Shown: piece after piece, positions 24,549-34,782 of the stretch
Layout of the letters: every line of letters starts with the position of its first letter
How positions within the stretch are numbered: the stretch's first letter is position 1
Source of the DNA: Phallusia mammillata
Lineage: Eukaryota
DNA length: 64,000 bases
Assembly (NCBI GenBank): GCA_965637545.1
Contig: OZ281496.1
Location: 26,226,001-26,290,000, forward strand
Reading direction: 5' to 3'
Translations under genes and position numbers: made by a program
The notes under the pieces: generated by a model
Database searches by the model: none
The model's input: only the letters and a program-made list of their open reading frames with translations
Told to the model about the DNA's origin: nothing

Positions 24549-26520
24549 ATTTTGCAATGGATGATTACCTATGTAGTCATAACATTTTTGCAATCTGTGA
24601 GCAATAATTGCCTTAGTGAGCGATTATTGCATTGGTTCGCCATCAAAATACTACCCATGTTGTCTAACCATTTATAATATGTTATGTTAACCATCCCATT
24701 ACAATCGCAAGCGTGTCCATCACCAACCAATTCACTTGCCTGAATCGGGTTTGGACTTTAATCATGCCAAAAGGTTGAATTTTAAGTGTGTTCACAATAT
24801 AAGACATTATTTTAAATGATGCTGTATATATAAATTGAAGTTAGTGGCATCGCCTATTGCTCAATGTTAAAATGTCTTCTTGCTTTTTTAGATAATCTGC
24901 TGTAATTTATTCGTTGAAACAGCCGATGTTGTAAATGTCGTTTAAACATAGTCGCAACACGGCCACAATATAACCATTGAAATATAAGTATGTTACCAAA
25001 TCATTTTCTGGAAACATATGTATTGGAATTATCGTCCTCTGTCGCAAATTATTCGGTTGTTTGTAAACGTCTGTAAACAAACGCAAGTAGAATTGTATTT
25101 GTTATAATTCGCCGTTGTGTTCCATGTTCCCAAATGGATTGCAAATATAGTGAATAAAGAAAACCTAACAAAGTTTGTTAATATTTTACGAGGAAAGGGT
25201 CTGTACGTTTTCCGTATTAGTTTAAAAAAATGGTGCATATACATCATTAGTTTAAAAAACATTGATTGTACCTACATAGGCACGGTGGATAGGAATAAAA
25301 AATCAAATCATTTGTCCAAGCAAAATCGTTTTTACGAGTTTGTCACTACAACCTTGTGGTTTGAAACACACAGACTTTAAATTCAACCTATTTTTGAATA
25401 TACACCCAACGCTTTGAACCACAACATAAGCAAGCATATATATTACAAACATGTTACCCCATAATTTTGGTATATACTGTCTGTACAAAGCATCTCAAAG
25501 TTGCTAAAATTTTATTACCAAAACCGTTTCGTAACATGTTGGTAAAGATACCTGATCTTATAACTCAGTAAATGTACACTGTACAAATTGTCACGTGTTT
25601 TGTCGCAATTAATCAGTTGTACACGTCTGTACCCGTGTGTATTAGCGCATCTCATCCAAATAATCATACTTTTGTTATGACTGTCGCAGTATGAATACAA
25701 ACGTATATTGAAAAGAATACGTCTTGTAAGAGACTTTTGGTGTTTAAAAAATCTATACAGTTGTGAGAAACTCCACACTAATTTCGTAAAACAGACATCA
25801 GGTTTATCGGGTATTTGAAAAATAAATTTGGTAAGCAGAGTAGGAGCACAAATAGAAAGCAACTCATTATTATTTTGAAAGAACACTAATTATCTTATAC
25901 CTGTTTAGGGATACAACGCCTATAGATTTTACACGCTAGTTACGAATAGTAAATTAAATTTCGTCTATCTATCGGCGCTTTGACATTAAATAAACATTAA
26001 TTTAAGGATATTAATCGTGATGGGCAACTTTTCTTCAATCATAATTCAAGTTTAGGCAACAAAATGACGATCGCTATTATTACAAAACGCAAAATTTCTT
26101 TTGGACTGTTTGCCATGCCAACAACCGAAAAAATCCTAATGGAAAATATACTGGTAATACGGGACGAAAAAAGTCCACATAATTTTTTCTCAGACGTTAT
26201 GGTGATCGCTTATGGCCTTATGCCATCATCAACATAAGTGATTTGAAAGACTAACAACGGATACTCAATTCAAAACCCCCCTTCAAAAATACATTAAGCC
26301 CATGCAACATTGTACACGTAATATGTAAACTACATGTAAATTGGGAAACAAACCTGCCAGTTTCTCTTTAGCTTCCATTGTGCTGCTGTTTTAATTTCCA
26401 GGTACATTGCCAACAAACCAATGTCCAATGTAGGAAACGCACATCATTGTATGTTCAGGTTGACCAACTAAAATATATGAAAATTGTTTTAAACAACTTT
26501 GTGAGACTGGTCAGATAAAT
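24545..26520. repeat. Left arm of a ~2 kb inverted duplication (right arm 27835-30017)
   Basis: 24545 onward is the reverse complement of 30017 downward (e.g. CGAAATTTTGCAATGG vs CCATTGCAAAATTTCG), continuing to AGATAAATC vs GATTTATCT. The right arm has an extra 192-bp insertion. Confidence 0.9.
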
Positions 26521-26876
26521 CAGTGGTTCCCAACCTTTCTACGCCACCGGACCGGCAACAAAAGATCGTAGTAAATGCAACAGATATTTGTATGCTTTTT
26601 GTTCACCAAAGTTGTCGTTGCGCAACGCAATGCAAGGTTTAGTCATAGCCGATGTATTTAGGACGAAAAATTGCAACCAAACGGCAATCAACTTAAACAA
26701 CAAAACGCCAATCTATTTACATACAAAATCAATATTAGTGGGATGTTTGCTGTTGTTTAGCTGTCAGTATGAACCTCAATCTTAAAAGTGAAGAATAACT
26801 TTGATTTACAAAAAAAAAACGTTGAATGCTAAACGCAAGTTATAAGAAAACAATCATAAACGGCACAAAAGCTTTA
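26521..26876 (-). mobile_element. Partial copy (one end) of the 11489-12016 hAT MITE; repeated at 27265-27620
   Basis: Starts CAGTGGTTCCCAACC and is the reverse complement of ~11661-12016. Truncated by the Penelope-like segment. Confidence 0.85.
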
Positions 26877-26991
26877 GAAAATGCTGTACAGGCGTTTTCG
26901 TCCACCAGGTTGCATATTTAACAAAAATGTCGTTCAACTGGTGTTAATGTTAAACAAAAATACTAGTTGTTTCTATCCATAACTTGTATTT

Positions 26992-27037
26992 TCGCTGACG
27001 TTTCGTCCACCAGAACGGTAGGACTTCTTCAGAGCAA
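26992..27037 (-). ncRNA. Minimal type I hammerhead ribozyme motif (Penelope-like element type), copy 1
   Basis: Minus-strand RNA UUGCU-CUGAAGA-A-GUCCUACC-GUUCU-GGUGGAC-GAAAC-GUC-AGCGA: core CUGAnGA and GAAA, helix II, 5-bp helix I (UUGCU/AGCGA), loopless palindromic helix III (ACGU) and a GUC cleavage triplet. Confidence 0.75.
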
Positions 27038-27052
27038 TGAATGACGAATGCA

Positions 27053-27252
27053 NNNNNNNNNNNNNNNNNNNNNNNNNNNNNNNNNNNNNNNNNNNNNNNN
27101 NNNNNNNNNNNNNNNNNNNNNNNNNNNNNNNNNNNNNNNNNNNNNNNNNNNNNNNNNNNNNNNNNNNNNNNNNNNNNNNNNNNNNNNNNNNNNNNNNNNN
27201 NNNNNNNNNNNNNNNNNNNNNNNNNNNNNNNNNNNNNNNNNNNNNNNNNNNN
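27053..27252. other. Assembly gap (200 N)
   Basis: Run of N. The ~540 bp before the gap (26509-27052) is repeated directly after it (27253-27796), suggesting overlapping contig ends. Confidence 0.99.
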
Positions 27253-27735
27253 GGTCAGATAAATCAGTGGTTCCCAACCTTTCTACGCCACCGGACCGGC
27301 AACAAAAGATCGTAGTAAATGCAACAGATATTTGTATGCTTTTTGTTCACCAAAGTTGTCGTTGCGCAACGCAATGCAAGGTTTAGTCATAGCCGATGTA
27401 TTTAGGACGAAAAATTGCAACCAAACGGCAATCAACTTAAACAACAAAACGCCAATCTATTTACATACAAAATCAATATTAGTGGGATGTTTGCTGTTGT
27501 TTAGCTGTCAGTATGAACCTCAATCTTAAAAGTGAAGAATAACTTTGATTTACAAAAAAAAAACGTTGAATGCTAAACGCAAGTTATAAGAAAACAATCA
27601 TAAACGGCACAAAAGCTTTAGAAAATGCTGTACAGGCGTTTTCGTCCACCAGGTTGCATATTTAACAAAAATGTCGTTCAACTGGTGTTAATGTTAAACA
27701 AAAATACTAGTTGTTTCTATCCATAACTTGTATTT

Positions 27736-27781
27736 TCGCTGACGTTTCGTCCACCAGAACGGTAGGACTTCTTCAGAGCAA
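27736..27781 (-). ncRNA. Minimal type I hammerhead ribozyme motif, copy 2
   Basis: Identical to 26992-27037. May be the same locus duplicated across the gap. Confidence 0.75.
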
Positions 27782-27834
27782 TGAATGACGAATGCAAGCA
27801 ACAAGCGAAAGGCGCAAGAACAGCGTGATTGATT

Positions 27835-30017
27835 TATGATTTATCTGGCCAGTCTCACAAAGTTGTTTAAAACAATTTTCGTATATTTTAGTTGGTCAAC
27901 CTGAACATACAATGATGTGCGTTTCCTACATTGGACATTGGTTTGTTGGCAATGTACCTGGAAATTAAAACAGCAGCACAATGGAAGCTAAAGAGAAACT
28001 GGCAGGTTTGTTTCCCAATTTACATGTAGTTTACATATTACGTGTACAATGTTGCATGGGCCTAATGTATTTTTGAAGGGGGTTTTGAATTGAGTATCCG
28101 TTGTTAGTCTTTCAAATCACTTATGTTGATGATGGCATAAGGCCATAAGCGATCACCATAACGTCTGAGAAAAAATTATGTGGACTTTTTTCGTCCCGTA
28201 TTACCAGTATATTTTCCATTAGGATTTTTTCGGTTGTTGGCATGGCAAACAGTCCAAAAGAAATTTTGCGTTTTGTAATAATAGCGATCGTCATTTTGTT
28301 GCCTAAACTTGAATTATGATTGAAGAAAAGTTGCCCATCACGATTAATATCCTTGAATTAATGTTTATTTAATGTCAAAGCGCCGATAGATAGACGAAAT
28401 TTAATTTACTATTCGTAACTAGCGTGTAAAATCTATAGGCGTTGTATCCCTAAACAGGTATAAGATACTTAGTGTTCTTTCAAAATAATAATGAGTTGCT
28501 TTTATTTGTGCTCCTACTCTGCTTACCAAATTTATTTTTCAAATACCCGATAAACCTGATGTCTGTTTTACGAAATTAGTGTGGAGTTTCTCACAACTGT
28601 ATAGATTTTTTAAACACCAAAAGTCTCTTACAAGACGTATTCTTTTCAATATACGTTTGTATTCATACTGCGACAGTCATAACAAAAGTATGATTATTTG
28701 GATGAGATGCGCTAATACACACGCGTACAGACGTGTACAACTGATTAATTGCGACAAAACACTTGACAATTTGTACAGTGTACATTTACTGAGCTATAAG
28801 ATCAGGTATCTTTACCAACATGTTACGAAACGGTTTTGGTAATAAAATCTCAGCAACTTTGAGATGCTTTGTACAGACAGTATAGATACCAAAATTATGG
28901 GGTAACATAGGTACACAAGACACGGACTTGAATAACAGCTTTAATAAAAAGCAAATTGCCAGCGACGTAGAGTAAAACGCATTCATTTTATTTAAACAAA
29001 CGTTTCGAAAAAACTATGATGACAATAGTTTTGTCGAAACGTTTGTTTAAATAAAATGAATACGTTTTACTCTACGTCGCTGGCAATTTGCTTTTTATTA
29101 ATGGGGTAACATGTTTGTAATATATATGCTTGCTTATGTTGTGGTTCAAAGCGTTGGGTGTATATTCAAAAATAGGTTGAATTTAAAGTCTGTGTGTTTC
29201 AAACCACAAGGTTGTAGTGACAAACTCGTAAAAACGATTTTGCTTGGACAAATGATTTGATTTTTTATTCCTATCCACCGTGCCTATGTAGGTACAATCA
29301 ATGTTTTTTAAACTAATGATGTATATGCACCATTTTTTTAAACTAATACGGAAAACATACAGACCCTTTCCTCGTAAAATATTAACAAACTTTGTTAGGT
29401 TTTCTTTATTCACTATATTTGCAATCTGTTTGGGAACATGGAACACAACGGCGAATTATAACAAATACAATTCTATTTGCGTTTGTTTACAGACGTTTAC
29501 AAACAACCGAATAATTTGCGACAGAGGACGATAATTCCAATACATATGTTTCCAGAAAATGATTTGGTAACATACTTATATTTCAATGGTTATATTGTGG
29601 CCGTGTTGCGACTATGTTTAAACGACATTTACAACACCGGCTGTTTCAACGAATAAATTACAGCAGATTATCTAAAAAAGCAAGAAGACATTTATCATTG
29701 AGCAATAGGCGATGCCACTAACTTCAATTTATATATACAGCATCATTTAAAATAATGTCTTATATTGTGAACACACTTAAAATTCAACCTTTTGGCATGA
29801 TTAAAGTCCAAACCCGATTCAGGCAAGTGAATTGGTTGGTGATGGACACGCTTGCGATTGTAATGGGATGGTTAACATAACATATTATAAATGGTTAGAC
29901 AACATGGGTAGTATTTTGATGGCGAACCAATGCAATAATCGCTCACTAAGGCAATTATTGCTCACAGATTGCAAAAATGTTATGACTACATAGGTAATCA
30001 TCCATTGCAAAATTTCG
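27835..30017. repeat. Right arm of the inverted duplication
   Basis: Reverse complement of 24545-26520. Includes the last 63 nt of the L6 CDS. Confidence 0.9.
28909..29100. mobile_element. 192-bp insertion dominated by a 77-bp-arm hairpin, with 12-bp target duplication
   Basis: ATGGGGTAACAT duplicated at 28897-28908 and 29101-29112. Arms 28941-29017 and 29025-29101 pair at 75 of 77 positions with a 7-nt loop. The empty site is present in the inverted copy near 25450-25465. Confidence 0.8.
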
Positions 30018-32267
30018 AACATAGTAAAGTTGGCCACAGTCCCCACTGTTGTTTGGTTCACCCTGATGAAAATCGGTGTTGGTGTTGGTCGCGGGAACTC
30101 CATCTATATATTTCCAGACTCCTTCGTGTTCAAGGTCATTCAAACCAATCCAGTAGTATCCGGGGGGTCGCGTTTCGATCATATTTGTAATAATCCAGCT
30201 AACCGTGTAGATAATATTATTAATAAGGCCCAATACAGGGGTCGGCAACCGTTTTGTACGGCGCTATTAAACTGAAGTTTTGTCGCAGACCGGCCCAAAT
30301 GTTCAGCTATAAATATATGTTACTATTGAAATAAGTTATTATTATTTGCACTTGCCAATACAACCGTATGTAAGGATTGCATTATATAAATCATTTTATC
30401 ATCCCTGGGATGCACGGACTGCTACAAAAATTTCGAAGCATTTAACGTAATAAAGTAGGCGGCCTGTTAACGAACTCCTTACGGACCTGTCCCGGGCCAC
30501 CCGGTGGTTGCCGACCACTGACCTAAAGCATTTGCACGTTTAATAGCATTTTACACTTATTTTATGCCCTAAAATAATCCAGGTATGTAACCCCACCGTT
30601 ACTTACGTGGTTCATCGCAAAGTAATTTTATGAGAAAGTACAAGTCGAGACAAATGTTACGTACTTGCGAACAGTCGCATTTCTCATTCCCCAGGTCGCC
30701 AAATCTCCACCAATTGACTTACAGTATCTCCTCGCGTTTGCCCAATTTCTTTTAGTGGTCATAATCACATGGTCATGCTCTAGCACAAAGTTCAACACTA
30801 ATTCATATTTTGTGCAAATACATAACACTTTGATAGATACCTTGCTCACAATGGTTTCCTGAGTACCAAATGTTGCAAGAGCAATTGTAGGCAGTACTGG
30901 TGTCCAAACAAGTTCCGTTATTCTTGCAAAGGCCGACATTAGTCGAGCAAAAGTTGGGTCCTTAAAGTATAAATGTTAGTGACATCCAGACATTTGTGAT
31001 ATTCTGTTTTCTAATCAAGCTTACGACACCGCTTGCCATCTCCTGTATAGTTTGCGTTGCATGAACACTGATAGCTACCCACGGTGTTGGTGCAAGTTGC
31101 ATGTTGATTGCAGTCATGAGTTTGAGTTGAGCACTCATCAATATCTAAACACATTAACTCGTCAGAAAGATTGACAGGCTATAACACGTGAACGATTACA
31201 ACTGAGGTTTTTGCAACTTACCTTTTTCGCACCGAATTCCACTGAACCCTGAATCACACAAACACTTGTAATGTCGGGATTGAATGACGAAAAATCCACC
31301 ATTAAGACAGGTGCCTGAATAAAAGACTATTAGTATTTGCCAATGTCAACGGTTCGCATATGGTTGCTAAATCGTCTCAGCATTAAATCTCTTCTCTGAG
31401 GCAGGGGTTCCTATTCAAATCCTGCTAGAGAAATAGTTGAAATGATACTACTGTACATATTTTTATTGTCATTCCAATAGTAATAACTTCCCAGGTTTTA
31501 CTTGTTACAGTGATTTTTTCTTGTGGTAGTAATACAAAAACTAATTAGAGATGCAATATTGTGATGTGGAAAATTTGGCAATAAATGTGGGATAAATGTG
31601 TCCATTAAAAAAATGTTCGTTGTAATGGTAGAAATGAAACTGGGCTTTGCCTTTTTAAACACTTCGTTTTGTGTTGTTAAGTTGCATCAAGCAAGCAACT
31701 GACATTGCCTTTATAAACAGAACAATGCGAACATGTAGCCTACTGCTTTGTATATTTTTTATGCCTTGATAGTTCACGCTAACGTCAAATATTATGTTCG
31801 ATTTTTTTTTTCAAAATATTATTAAAAAAGAAATATTTATATAGTCAACGGTTACCTTTGTGTCTTTCAAGCTTAGTGAATTGTCCCACCTCTCCCAACT
31901 CGTTTTGAAGGTTTAAAGCCTAAAAATCGTGTCTTTGAATGTTCTGTTGAAACTCGCTTTTGAGAAAAGAATACTTACCATGAAATGAACTCCTACAAAT
32001 CCAAAAACGATTGTCAAAAAAAGAGCAAAAGCAATTCCCAGAAACAGTCTTTTCGAAGTCGTAACGTTTCCGGACAAGATTTCGGACAATTGTGACTTGC
32101 CTGGCTGGTCTTGCATTGTTTTGCAATCTAAAAACTCTACGTTATCTCATGATTTATCCAATTATCCCAATTTATGCAAAATACTTACGTTGATCTGGAG
32201 TTGTCATCTCACCAATTTTGCAGTTTTCTTCTTGAACGTCCATGGTTATGTATTTATTTGAAGACAT
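29955..32267 (-). CDS. L6: intact hybrid type II EGF3-CTLD receptor (327 aa)
   Basis: Exons 32267-32189 (MSSNKYITM..), 32127-31979, 31919-31856, 31314-31222, 31144-31025, 30960-30841, 30779-30665 and 30198-29955 ([15 protein letters not shown]). 984 nt, open frame. 5' part is L4-like, 3' part is L1/L2-like. Confidence 0.92.
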
Positions 32268-32928
32268 TTTTTCGTTAGAACGGAGTTTCTTAAAGTGATC
32301 TTTTCTTCGGTCTTTTTACTTTACACTGTCTGGTGATTTTGCCAAGACCCACAATTTACGTTGCAGTATCTACCTTTTTTCAGAGTATTTCAATAATGGC
32401 TGAAAACCCTATTGCCCACTATGTATGTGGAAAATAACGTTGACAAAACTAAATTTGAAAACCGTTTAAAAAACAACGTGACTGTAGACACCTTTCGCTG
32501 CAAATGCCACCAAAACAAAGGCAAGGTAGATGTGGGCCGTTATATAAATGCATCGAAATGGTTTGTTTTTTGCACTAATGACCACAACTTGCCACACGTT
32601 GCGCCAAAGGAAGAGAATGTCGTTAAAATTGCCATAAATCAATCGCACAAAGTGACTGGTTTCTTTGAATTCCTAATGATTGAACTTATACGGTGTGTTG
32701 TTGCCGTCGTAAATTTTTGGCACGCATTTAAACAGTTTCGATATGTCTTGACTAGGGATGTGCTAAAACTGCAAATGTTCTGTTTGGTCGAGCACCGAGC
32801 ATCGTGCATTATGACATCACAAAAAATCCCCTTTCTACGTTTTAGCTCTACAAGGCCTCTTACGTCACCGGCGGTGTTTTATTAAGCTGTACATGCCCAT
32901 AAAGTACGCGTTTTTTCCCAATCTAGTG

Positions 32929-33389
32929 CAGTGCTTGTCAACCTTTTTTGAAACGGTACACCCTTTTAACGTTTACACAAAATTTGTACACCCCAGTAAA
33001 AAAATTATTCAACCCTGTAACTCACTGAATCTGTGGTCCTAACAGAAATGATGATGAGCGCAATATCAACAAGCCATAATCCACAATTCACTTTCTACAT
33101 CTGAAAGAACCACCATTAACAACGATTATCAAGTGAAATATTAAATTATGATGTCACAAATAGAGTTTTGTAACTTAAAATCTGTGAACACTTGAGATGC
33201 ATGTTGTGCCAGGTATTGTACATTCCAGTCAGTCTGTTCTAAAACTGAAACCTGCCTGTTGTGATACCTGGTCATAGGTATATTATATTTTTTGTCTGGT
33301 ACACCCCAGTACACCCCATCAAAGTGGTACACCCTTTAAAAATTATGGTACACCCTGGGGTGTACAATACACCCGGTTGAAAAGCACTG
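32929..33389. mobile_element. Nested hAT MITE with GTACACCC subterminal repeats
   Basis: TIR CAGTGCTTGTCAACC / GGTTGAAAAGCACTG; TSD ATCTAGTG at 32921-32928 and 33390-33397. Confidence 0.88.
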
Positions 33390-33441
33390 ATCTAGTGCAT
33401 TTAAAAAATCATTCGTTTTAGTTCATGGACACCCTTTAGAA

Positions 33442-34183
33442 CAGGGGTGTCAAACTCGTGGGGTTCGCGGGCCACATTGCAGTTTGGGAATTATGCCGAG
33501 GGCCGCATGTAATTTTTAGTCTAGTTTTATACACTTAAACAACCCTTTCGCTTCGACGACCGCATTGCAGATCCTTATTTCACCAACGGCCGCCAATTAT
33601 CTGCTGGTTTTTGTTTAAAAATTACAAGAAAAAGGTATATTATATATATTATATACCATCTACTAACGCCCCAAAAGCGCAGAATAATTTCCAACTTAAT
33701 ATACAGATTAAGCTCCACAATGTGAAGACCAGCAGTTTTAACTCTATTATTACGTCATAATCTATATTGTGACGCTTTTCGTACCTGTTTTTTTCACATT
33801 GTTTGCACATAATTAGGCTGGTAATACTCTTTTCAGTGACACAAAATCTGTTTAGGGCAGTTTAAAAATCAAAAGTTTTGGCAAAGGAGTTTTAATTACA
33901 TCACGCCTGCCAATACATATATTTTAATGTGGCCGTACGGCCGCGGGTTGTACACCCTTGACTGAAACTTTAAGGAACGGCTTAATTACTACCGTTTCTA
34001 TTCATAACATATGAATTTGTATGTATAAATTAAATTTCGGTAAACGTCTGTTTAAATAATAGCTTTAAACTTGAAAAGTAAGAAAAATTTAGTATAATTA
34101 GATAAAAATCTGACAAAATACTACAATTGTTGTTCACTGTTCGTGGGCCGTATTGGAGGGCTTCCGCGAGTTTGACAGGCCTG
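33442..34183. mobile_element. Nested hAT/Charlie-like element
   Basis: Ends CAGGGGTGTCAAAC / GTTTGACAGGCCTG; TSD CTTTAGAA at 33434-33441 and 34184-34191. Confidence 0.85.
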
Positions 34184-34542
34184 CTTTAGAACACTAGTTA
34201 CATGTGTTAACAGGGCATGAATATGCAAATTACCGCTCGGGTCAGTTTGTGCAGCTGCTCGGCCGAGCACCGAGCATTAAAAACAGCGATGCTCGGTACC
34301 GAGTACTCGGGTTCTGGCTCGGCTCGGCCCATCCCTGGTCTTGACCGATTTATCCTGACCGTTAAATTCAAAGCTACTATTGTTAGACTTGAACGGGAAA
34401 AAAACCTTTATCTGCTGTTTGGAATCAATTTTTGTCGTTTTAGAATTGTAAAGTTATTTTTACAAAGGGCTTGTTTGTAGGACTTTGAAGAGCCTAGTAA
34501 TGATGAATAGATTGCATGTGTTTATTGACAGCTATTACCCTG

Positions 34543-34782
34543 TGCAGCGAGTTACTAAGCAATTTACGCTCGTGGGCTCATCTCTGTATTTTGCTCACTC
34601 TTTGCCTTAAGGGTTATTTGTATTCCTGCGTAGTTTAATTACATTCCTTAGTTCCGCTTAAAGTCTCTCATTTTCTTGTTGCTTTCCTCAGTTGTAGTTT
34701 TCGCGTTTACTTGACTTATAGTGTCGATCTCTGTTGTTTAAAGCTAATAAATATTATTACGTTTATGTAGTCAATTACTGCA
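34543..34782 (+). mobile_element. Probable solo LTR, 240 bp
   Basis: Begins TGCAG, ends CTGCA, 5-bp TSD CCCTG, AATAAA at 34746-34751 near the 3' end. Empty site ATTACCCTGTTC in the paralog near 21366-21377. Confidence 0.7.

Larger units (their letters stand above)
32753..34337. mobile_element. Non-autonomous hAT (Ac-like TIR) hosting two nested hAT MITEs
   Basis: Ends TAGGGATGTGC / GCCCATCCCTG, CCGAG-rich subterminal repeats, 8-bp TSD GTCTTGAC (32745-32752 and 34338-34345). Empty site in the paralogous copy near 21111-21118. Confidence 0.88.

Noticed and set aside
27029-27386. ORFs containing runs of X
   Set aside because: Artefacts of translating through the N gap.
26509-27796. Direct 540-bp repeat either side of the gap read as a true tandem (dimeric hammerhead) arrangement
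   Set aside because: Identical sequence flanking a scaffold gap is most simply a contig-end overlap; not counted as biological without spanning reads.
12367-28842. Recurrent ORF YSYCDSHNKSMIIWMRCANTH.. (12367, 25515, 28579)
   Set aside because: Copies are near-identical duplicated flanking DNA, with no credible start or splice structure and no recognisable homology.
29012-29046. Hammerhead-like TGATGA..CGAAACGT inside the hairpin
   Set aside because: Core C3 is missing, and the only good helix II would consume the catalytic G8/A9; at best a degenerate remnant.
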